Source of the DNA: Octopus bimaculoides | Lineage: Eukaryota | Direction: 5' to 3' | DNA: 64,000 nt | NCBI RefSeq assembly: GCF_001194135.2 | Contig: NC_068981.1 | Span: 134,749,906-134,813,905 of the forward strand | In this document: piece after piece, positions 54,896-64,000 of the stretch | How positions within the stretch are numbered: position 1 is the stretch's first letter | How the letters are laid out: each line of letters starts with the position of its first letter | Notes under the pieces: model-generated | Told to the model about the DNA's origin: nothing | The model's input: only the letters and a program-made list of their open reading frames with translations | Databases searched by the model: none | Made by a program: the position numbers and the translations under genes

Positions 54896-54931
54896 GCGCA
54901 AGTCCAGCATATCCAGCCTGGGTGCATCTTT
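54896..54931 (+). CDS. 36-nt phase 2-2 microexon, (R)RKSSISSLGAS
   Basis: 166-nt AG-free zone (54728-54893) with ACTAAC at 54737-54742, tttag acceptor, gtaagt donor; paralog of 44412-44447. Confidence 0.8.
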
Positions 54932-57294
54932 GTAAGTATCTCATGTCTCCTCTCCCTCAATCATTAGCTGAGAACCCACCTCTTTTTTTGCCTTTTATCA
55001 ATATATAATGTTAGTATCTTTATCTTTTTAATGTCCTAGTATTGTACAAGTTATGTTAATTATCTTTTAATTTATGCATTACTGAATGCATTTAGTATAC
55101 CACATTTTACTTACATAAATATAAGTAATTATATGTGTATGTGTATATAGATAGCTAGATAGATATTCAGGTATAGATGTACAACATACACACACACATA
55201 CATAATCTGTTTTACAATTTCTCACCAAATAGTCAAACAGAATAATCGGTGGATATTTGGTTAAGTGGCTGCTTGAATAACTAACAGATGGGGAAAAGCA
55301 TGCTAATATGTGGGGAAAAGCATGCTAATATGTGGGCCAATCTTCCAGGATTGCAATAATGATGTCCAATACCACACAAGAGAATGATAATGTCAGATGA
55401 TGCCAAAATCACCTTGCATATTCAAATTGTTTGGATAAGTCATATCTCTGCTGAAACTATGAAATCAGTGTCAATGATGTTATTAAAAAATATCAGATTC
55501 TAGTCTTTCATTCAGTTAAGTTCACGTGCTTTTTGTGGGATTTTTCATCTATTTTGGTATGTATGGGGGAAGAGAGAGGGAGAGCAAAAGAGAGCTTTAT
55601 GTACACACACACATATATATATATATATATATGGTATTTTTATGTGAGCTTAAAGCTTATGTCGATCACCATGCAATGACTAAGCTCTCGACAGAAAAAA
55701 GAAGGCTTAGTGTTGACTAGCAGAAGAAAGAGTACTTGATGCCATTGTTTCGTTTAATAATATTATTTTGGTCAAGTCAGTCTCTTGCTACTCTGAGTTT
55801 TGCTGTGGATACACTGGGTCTTCAGGCAAAGTACAATTTATCAATATATATATATATATATAGTTTTAGGGAAAATAACCAATTTTCAAGAACTCATCAA
55901 TGAAAATCCACTATCACATATAGAAAAATTAATAATTAAAAGCACAATAAATGAGTATAATATAAAGTAAAGTAAATATCATAAGATAAATATAATAAAA
56001 AGATTACCCGTGTTTCATAACCAATTTTCAAATAGAAAAGAAATTTAAATCGATTAAAATCAATTGAAATTATCGAAAATAAGTTCTATTCAAAAATATA
56101 GCTACTCGTCAGATCGTAAGTAGAACAATAATTAGATATATATCTCAACCAACAATAAGTACCAAATGAATTAATATGAAATACTTATTATNNNNNNNNN
56201 NNNNNNNNNNNNNNNNNNNNNNNNNNNNNNNNNNNNNNNNNNNNNNNNNNNNNNNNNNNNNNNNNNNNNNNNNNNNNNNNNNNNNNNNNNNNNNNNNNNN
56301 NNNNNNNNNNNNNNNNNNNNNNNNNNNNNNNNNNNNNNNNNNNNNNNNNNNNNNNNNNNNNNNNNNNNNNNNNNNNNNNNNNNNNNNNNNNNNNNNNNNN
56401 NNNNNNNNNNNNNNNNNNNNNNNNNNNNNNNNNNNNNNNNNNNNNNNNNNNNNNNNNNNNNNNNNNNNNNNNNNNNNNNNNNNNNNNNNNNNNNNNNNNN
56501 NNNNNNNNNNNNNNNNNNNNNNNNNNNNNNNNNNNNNNNNNNNNNNNNNNNNNNNNNNNNNNNNNNNNNNNNNNNNNNNNNNNNNNNNNNNNNNNNNNNN
56601 NNNNNNNNNNNNNNNNNNNNNNNNNNNNNNNNNNNNNNNNNNNNNNNNNNNNNNNNNNNNNNNNNNNNNNNNNNNNNNNNNNNNNNNNNNNNNNNNNNNN
56701 NNNNNNNNNNNNNNNNNNNNNNNNNNNNNNNNNNNNNNNNNNNNNNNNNNNNNNNNNNNNNNNNNNNNNNNNNNNNNNNNNNNNNNNNNNNNNNNNNNNN
56801 NNNNNNNNNNNNNNNNNNNNNNNNNNNNNNNNNNNNNNNNNNNNNNNNNNNNNNNNNNNNNNNNNNNNNNNNNNNNNNNNNNNNNNNNNNNNNNNNNNNN
56901 NNNNNNNNNNNNNNNNNNNNNNNNNNNNNNNNNNNNNNNNNNNNNNNNNNNNNNNNNNNNNNNNNNNNNNNNNNNNNNNNNNNNNNNNNNNNNNNNNNNN
57001 NNNNNNNNNNNNNNNNNNNNNNNNNNNNNNNNNNNNNNNNNNNNNNNNNNNNNNNNNNNNNNNNNNNNNNNNNNNNNNNNNNNNNNNNNNNNNNNNNNNN
57101 NNNNNNNNNNNNNNNNNNNNNNNNNNNNNNNNNNNNNNNNNNNNNNNNNNNNNNNNNNNNTACAGACATATATATATATATACATATATATATGTATGTG
57201 TATGTATATATATATATATATAAATAATATATTCCTCTATACATGATCATACAAAACCCCCTTTTTTGTATTTATTTTTACTCACACACACACG

Positions 57295-57328
<34 letters not shown>

Positions 57329-57342
57329 CAGACATATATATG

Positions 57343-57378
<36 letters not shown>

Positions 57379-57487
57379 CATATATATGTATGTATATATA
57401 TATATATATGTATATTAAAATTATTCATATATACATATTTACAGACATTCACACATATATACACACCCATACATATATATACATATT

Positions 57488-57664
57488 TACAGACATTGAG
57501 CAGAACTTACTTGCAGGTATTGGTAGTGCAAATCAGAGGTGCAATCTGTGTGGGTGTTTTTTCAAAACACTGTCTGGTTTAAAAAGCCACATCAGACGCC
57601 ATGAAAGGGCTAAGGTGTAGGTGCAGGAGGTGGTCAAACTCTGTTTAAGGAGTAGACAACCACC
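57488..57664 (+). mobile_element. 3' end of a (TA)n-associated element encoding a C2H2 finger
   Basis: CNLCGCFFKTLSGLKSHIRRH...*, then caggaggtggtcaaactctg..taaggagtagacaaccaccatatat; homologous to 63543-63890. Confidence 0.75.
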
Positions 57665-57736
57665 ATATATGTATATATATATACATGTATATATATACAT
57701 ATATATATACATAGATATATATACATTTAAAAAAAA

Positions 57737-57998
57737 TTTTTTTTTTTATTATAGTTTCAGCTTAGAGCTGCGGCCATGCTGATGCACCGCCGTGTTGCTA
57801 CACTGTTATTACAGGGAGCCTCTTACAATTTGTGGCACTTGGTGAAGAATGGAGTTTGATTTAGCAACCCTCTTTTGCACCTCCTGCCGCGAGGTAGGTT
57901 CATCTGGGACTCTCGACAGGAAGAGGTCCAGCTTTGATTTAAAAAGCCCTACATCTACTTTGTGCAGGTTCCTCAGGCTCTTTGGGAGAATATTATGT
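57737..57998 (-). mobile_element. CR1/L2-type LINE 3' end
   Basis: Open HNILPKSLRNLHKVDVGLFKSKLDLFLSRVPDEPTSRQEVQKRVAKSNSILHQVPQIVRGSL* (stop 57810), short 3' UTR, A-rich tail. Confidence 0.85.
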
Positions 57999-58011
57999 AT
58001 GNNNNNNNNNN

Positions 58012-58053
<42 letters not shown>

Positions 58054-58177
58054 TATATGTGTGTGTGTGTGTATGTATGTATATATTATATATAATAATA
58101 TATTATATATATATAATTGAGTTTTTACATGTAATTTTGGATTTTGTCCCTAATATTATTATATATATATATATATA

Positions 58178-58332
58178 TGGTAGTAAACTTGCTTCCCAAT
58201 GATATGATTCCAGGTTCAGTCCTGCTGCGGGGCACCTTGGACAAGTGTCTTTTTACTATTGCTTCAGGCTGACCAAAACCTTGTGAGTGAATTTGGCAGA
58301 TGGAAGCTTAAAAGAAGCTTGTTGTATACATG

Positions 58333-58363
<31 letters not shown>

Positions 58364-58612
58364 ATGTATATATATGTGGAGGGGGGGGGTCTGTGTGTGT
58401 CTTCATGTCTGTGTTTGTCCCCCACCACTGCTTGACAGTGGTGCTTGGTGTGTTTACATTCCCGTAACTTAATGGTTTGGCAAAGAGACCGATAGAATAA
58501 GTAGCAGGCTTTAAAAAAAAGTACTGGAGTTGATATGTTTGACTTAAAATTCTTCAAGGCAATGCCCCAGCATGGCCACGGTCTAATGACTGACACAAGT
58601 AAAACTAAAAGA
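58178..58612 (+). mobile_element. Family-B SINE
   Basis: gcaccttggacaagtgtc through gccccagcatggccacggtctaatgactgacacaagtaaaa. Confidence 0.88.
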
Positions 58613-60195
58613 GATAGATAGATAGATCAATAGATAGGTAGACAGGCAGACAGATGTGATCCTATTTATTTAAATCTCTTGCGACATATCCCTTAGTAGG
58701 TGCATATGTCATCACTCATGCACATATTCAGCTATTACAATATATTGAAGCATACACAGCTATTCGGATATACATTCCAACAAACATAGAGTAAAATTTA
58801 TTAATATTACTATATTTTCTCCTTGTTATGTAAACAAAATTTTTACAAGTATATTTAATCACTTATATCATGCAAACCCTGTTAATCAAAAGTATCAAAT
58901 ATTGTCTTAATCTACTTCTGTGTGTATGATATCTACACATTACAATTATTATACTGAAATTAGAAAGCTATCTTCATTTAAGTCAGACATTTACATTGTA
59001 CAGTGGAAAATATTTTAAAGCAGATAAGTTTTTTTCTCTCTCTCTCTCACTCTCATTCTCTCTCTCTTCCTCTCTTAGTTTATTTCATCTTCCCTCCTGT
59101 CTTTCTAAAGTTTGGAAATATAACATGGAATTTACAAGCATATATTTATTAATTTTTATGGATTACAACACTATAATGTACCATGTCTGAGATGTATCTT
59201 TTGTTCTAGACGTTTTGCTCAGGTCAAACTATCTAAGGGAATTACTATTTTATACATTAATATATATTTTTTGTAGATCTTTGGAACATTGTTCCAAAAT
59301 ATTATTGTAGCATCAGGTCACAAACAATAGTTTCCATCAAGTTTGAACTTGCACCTATAACATTGAGTAATATGGCTTTAAGTTTCTTGTTTTCTAACAG
59401 TTGTCTTATAATAAAAATTTAGTTATATACATTTAGAAGTCATATAAATACTGATATCTTCTTTTGTGTTTTTTCCTTCTGTATTTCACATATTTTGACC
59501 TTACATATTCTGTCTTTTAATGACAAATATAATAACAGTCCTGTTATAAAGAACCTTTGCATAGTATGATGAAAATCTTTCAAAATAATAATTCATAACA
59601 TATTTTTACTTTAATTTGATTGGTTATTTCAAGGAATTGGTAATTTCCATTACATAATTTGTTTTAGTTGACTTTTCAAAGACAGTGAATGCTATTTTTG
59701 AAAAGAAAATTTAGAGAATTTAATGTATATTTGAAGAATGTTTTATAAAATATTAATACATATTGTGGCTAAAGGACTTCTGGCTCACAGGAGTAATAAA
59801 GTTAAATTATTAGGGTTTATTTCGGTTTTTTTAAACATTAATTCTGCATACACATTTAGATTTGTTAACATTTGTAATTTATGAAAATTGAATTCTCTTT
59901 GAAAATATACATGTTATAATTTCCAACAATAAAATACTTTGCTTTACTATCAAGCTATTTGAAATATTTTTGAAAGAGGTCTGCTGATAACATTCTAGAG
60001 AGTTTGTTTTAAAAAAATCATATCTAAAGTTTGGAACAATATCAAGTAATGTATAAATCTTGATTAATGGTCATAGTAATTAAATTGGTACTGTTTTATA
60101 TGTTCTATAGATATATACCTTTATATAGAACAAAATGGGATGTTATTCCATTTCTTGTATATTACTGGTCATCTGTTAATATAATTTGCTGGGTT

Positions 60196-60232
<37 letters not shown>

Positions 60233-61654
60233 TTTTTTTTTTCATTTCTTAGAAGTATTCAATTATTCCTTTTGCTCCAGTATTCATTCTTTCCTCATCT
60301 TTGTTTTGAATATGGATCATTTAATTAGATATCAGTTGACTTTCTTTGGTTTCTGCTACAGCATACAATCATAAGATATTTACAATATAATTGTTTATAA
60401 TTGTTTTCCAAAATGCCTTATACAGCTAAACATAGAAAGGCTTAGCAAGTTTGGTTTTAATTTCATATGTATTATTTGCTATTGCTTCAAGAATTATTCC
60501 TTGAACAAATCTAATCACTGTTTCTCCTGACATAGCTGAAATGCATTTACTTTTTACCAGTTCCCAAATTAGATTTTTGTTTTGTTTTGCTGATTCTTTG
60601 AATTGTAATGTTCTATTGTTGTTGACGCTCAGGTCAGTCCTACAGTACAAACGTATAATCAAAGGCATTGCAGCCATCTTTCAGGATCATTGAAACAGGA
60701 CCACGTTATCAATATGTCCTTTTTTATTTTTATATAGGACACCAGAGTATGTGTTGAGAAGAATTTGGTTGCTACTTTTAGCAGGCAAAGCAACCATGTA
60801 GAGATACCCTAACTACCCCTTAAAAAGATATTTGTGAGATTTTTTAAAATACTCTCTCCTCTTTGCTAAAAAGGACTAAATAGAGTTTACACCCATAAAA
60901 TTCTTCTTTCTTTACCATAGTGTTGGACAGGTTTAAAAAGTATAAAACCATCATTGGATTGCCTTTGTTCAGTCTACTGCAGGACAAAAGCCTCACCATG
61001 TTCCCTCCACCAACCAGTTTCATGTAGAGGCTATAAATTTGAGCTTGAGATCATACTGGTTTGATGAGCCTACTCTACCACAGAGGCTCAACATAGCCTG
61101 GCAGAGGGATGCAGTTTTTTATATTCATGCCCAGGATTAGTTAAGTTGATTACATCATAATGTTATTAGACATGTCAATATATCTACCCTGTTTTAATCC
61201 TCACAGCCCTTACTACCAGAAGATCTGTCCTTCCTATGACAAACACTTAGATCTGTCATGAGCCCTAGAACTCAAAAGGCCAGAGCTCAACACAGTTCCC
61301 ATAGCATATAAGTCACTGAGATTACAGTACTCCCCCACTGAATGAGACACTAATCCATTGATGGATCAACTTCTCAACTGGAACTCATTTACAGTTGAGT
61401 GGACTGGAGCAACATGAAATGAAGTGCTTTTGCTTATGAACACAATGCACCATTCTGGTCTGTGAATAGAAATCAGGATCTTATGATCATCAATGCAACA
61501 CCCTAACCACTAGGCTATATACCTTCACATGACACATTAACAATTAAAAGGAAGCCTAATAATAAATTAATAGATAACACGACTAGGAATAGACCGTGAG
61601 CAAATTCAAAGAAATGGCATTTGGCAGTCTCACAATGTATACTGGTGTTCTTTT

Positions 61655-62100
61655 CTACTCCAGGCACAAGGCCTGAAATTTTGGAGGAGGGGGCCAGTCG
61701 ATTAGATCAACCCCAGTATGCAACTGGTACTTAATTTATCGACCCCAAAAGGATGAAAGGCAAAGTCAACCTCAGCAGAATTTGTACTCAGGACAGACTA
61801 AATACCGCTAAGCATTTCGCTTGGCATGCTAACGTTTCTGCCAGCTCACCACCTTAATATATATTAGTATTACCAATAATGTTGATACGAATCGTTTATA
61901 TTATTACAGTTTTAAGGGCGGTAGGTTGGTAGAAGGTATTTCTTAAGTCATTTACATTCTGAGTTCAAATCCTGCCATGGTCATCTTTGTCCTTCATTCC
62001 TCTTGGCTCAATAAAATACAGTACCTGTCATGAACTGGGGTTAATGCTTTTGACTAACCCCTCCACTTTACTCCGAAATTTCAGACCTTGCTGGTCTAGT
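61655..62100. mobile_element. Head-to-head pair of family-A SINEs (61655-61857 minus, 61915-62100 plus)
   Basis: ggatgaaaggcaaagtc...gccagctcaccacc followed by agggcggtaggttggtag...gtccttcattcc. Confidence 0.8.
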
Positions 62101-62301
62101 TGTGACTGCATCAAAACAACTATCACAACTGTAGAAATTATTTGTTTCAAGTCTGTCTGTGTGTGTGTGTATGCATATATATATAACTGCAACTACAATA
62201 TCTTTATATATCTTATTTCTACTTACATTCTCTTATTTCCCTCTATATTCCCTGTCTCCTCCTTTTCCACAATAATTTGAACTCAAATATTTTCTCACAC
62301 C

Positions 62302-62349
62302 GTCTTTGATGAAGAGATATCCATAATATCCCAGAAAAAGCTGTAAGAC
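62302..62349 (+). ncRNA. Hammerhead remnant related to the 19875 ribozyme
   Basis: GTCT-TTGATGA-AGAGATATCCATAATATCCCA-GAAA-AAGCTG-TA-AGAC; C3U and helix III changes. Confidence 0.55.
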
Positions 62350-62887
62350 TATTTCATTATAAATGTCCTGAAAACTCCTCACAGCCTTGGCTTTGTTATC
62401 TTATTCTGTCTAATATATANNNNNNNNNNNNNNNNNNNNNNNNNNNNNNNNNNNNNNNNNNNNNNNNNNNNNNNNNNNNNNNNNNNNNNNNNNNNNNNNN
62501 NNNNNNNNNNNNNNNNNNNNNNNNNNNNNNNNNNNNNNNNNNNNNNNNNNNNNNNNNNNNNNNNNNNNNNNNNNNNNNNNNNNNNNNNNNNNNNNNNNNN
62601 NNNNNNNNNNNNNNNNNNNNNNNNNNNNNNNNNNNNNNNNNNNNNNNNNNNNNNNNNNNNNNNNNNNNNNNNNNNNNNNNNNNNNNNNNNNNNNNNNNNN
62701 NNNNNNNNNNNNNNNNNNNNNNNNNNNNNNNNNNNNNNNNNNNNNNNNNNNNNNNNNNNNNNNNNNNNNNNNNNNNNNNNNNNNNNNNNNNNNNNNNNNN
62801 NNNNNNNNNNNNNNNNNNNNNNNNNNNNNNNNNNNNNNNNNNNNNNNNNNNNNNNNNNNNNNNNNTATATGAATGTACATATATATG

Positions 62888-62920
<33 letters not shown>

Positions 62921-62997
62921 ATGTATATATGCATATGTATGTAAATACATATATATGCATATGTATATATATATTTGCATGTATATGTATGTATATA

Positions 62998-63053
<56 letters not shown>

Positions 63054-63542
63054 GGGTTTCAGCAAGAGGCTGTGGCCATGCTGATGCACTGCCTTAACTA
63101 CATCTGGGGATTTCTATATTTCTATAGTCAAATCAATATTTTATGCTTCCAAAATATGCCTATCAATTATTGCATACACATAATATTTCAACCAGGCTAA
63201 ACAGTTTAGAATTCCATACTAAAATATCTCGTAAATCAGTAGCAGTTCCTTCCCAATTCATCTTGTCTAAATGTCTTTACTGCTTGCTGCAAGATGTAAC
63301 ATATTTATCACCTGCTACATTTTTATATATATATGTATATATATAAAATTATTTAGTAACAGTTTGACTGAACTCCATGCAACTTAGTTTCGTGGGCTTG
63401 TTGAATGAACTTAGCTTGTCAGGAATTTTGAGATGTCCTAATGTCTGACAAGCCAAGCTCCTACTGACTGTATTGAGTGTCACTTTCTTTCACATGTCCA
63501 CTTGTATACTCACATATACACACATATATATAGATATATATA

Positions 63543-63890
63543 TGGTGGTTGTGTACTCCTTATGCAGAGTTTGACCACCTCCTGTATCCACACCTTAGAA
63601 CCATCATGGCATCTGATGTGGCTTTTCAAACCAGACAATGTTTTGAAAAACACCCACATAGATTGCATATCCGATTTGGGCCACCAAGAGCTGCAGTTAA
63701 GTTCTGATCTTTGTGGATCTTAAAATGTCTTTTGAGGCCATCATTAGATTTGCAGACCATCTGGCATATGTTGCATTGAAAGGTGTGCACTGACATTGGT
63801 GCAGGTTCGTTTTCCATGGGTTCGCAGATGAGATTTGAGCCCAGCAAAAGAAAGGCATGATTTGTCACAAACTGTACACACAAAAAGGTT
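63543..63890 (-). mobile_element. Longer copy of the C2H2-ending element, three fingers with frameshifts
   Basis: CTVCDKSCLSFAGLKSHLRTH, CNICQMVCKSNDGLKRHFKIH, CNLCGCF/KTLSGLKSHIRCH; flanked by (TA)n/(CA)n. Confidence 0.78.
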
Positions 63891-64000
63891 ATATATATAT
63901 ATATACACACACACAGACATACATACATACATACATACACACACACATACAAATATATGCACACATATATATATGCATACATATATATATATACTTATAT

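Noticed and set aside
44412-54931. Naming the host gene (KCNQ, dynamin and kinesin light chain considered because of phase-2 variable regions or many C-terminal isoforms)
   Set aside because: No conserved domain exon is visible in the window and the peptides match no sequence I recognise.
56075-56130. Minus-strand CTGACGAG motif near the gap
   Set aside because: Followed by GAAT rather than GAAA and stem II does not pair convincingly.
60426-60677. 83-aa minus ORF MAAMPLIIRL...
   Set aside because: No recognisable homology or splice context; the + strand acceptor at 60632 explains the region at least as well.

Overview
AT-rich, microsatellite-dense animal DNA with eight N-gaps. The SINE families and repeat content point to an octopus draft assembly (inference). 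There is no CRISPR, rRNA or true tRNA gene and no long intact host ORF; most ORFs in the supplied track are (TA)n/(CA)n/(ATT)n or gap artefacts. The window looks like the inside of one large + strand gene that I cannot identify. It has tiny cassette-like exons, including a paralogous pair of 36-nt exons encoding RRKSSIASIGAS / RRKSSISSLGAS about 10.5 kb apart, and several candidate alternative last exons. The rest is mobile DNA: a Penelope-like (PLE) GIY-YIG fragment flanked by ~325-bp inverted repeats, a second ~255-bp PLE-type inverted repeat, R4/Dong-like, RTE and CR1/L2-type LINE fragments, a (TA)n-associated element ending in C2H2 fingers, Tc1/mariner, Tigger-like and piggyBac-like DNA elements, and at least five SINE-like families. 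Highlights: (1) minimal type I hammerhead ribozyme folds in both inverted-repeat elements and at a third site, with the best copies all on the + strand; (2) the duplicated phospho-motif microexons; (3) two SINE subfamilies with one head but tails from two different LINEs, both present here; (4) chains of retroelements nested in (ATT)n tails. Most repeat boundaries were read by eye and are approximate.
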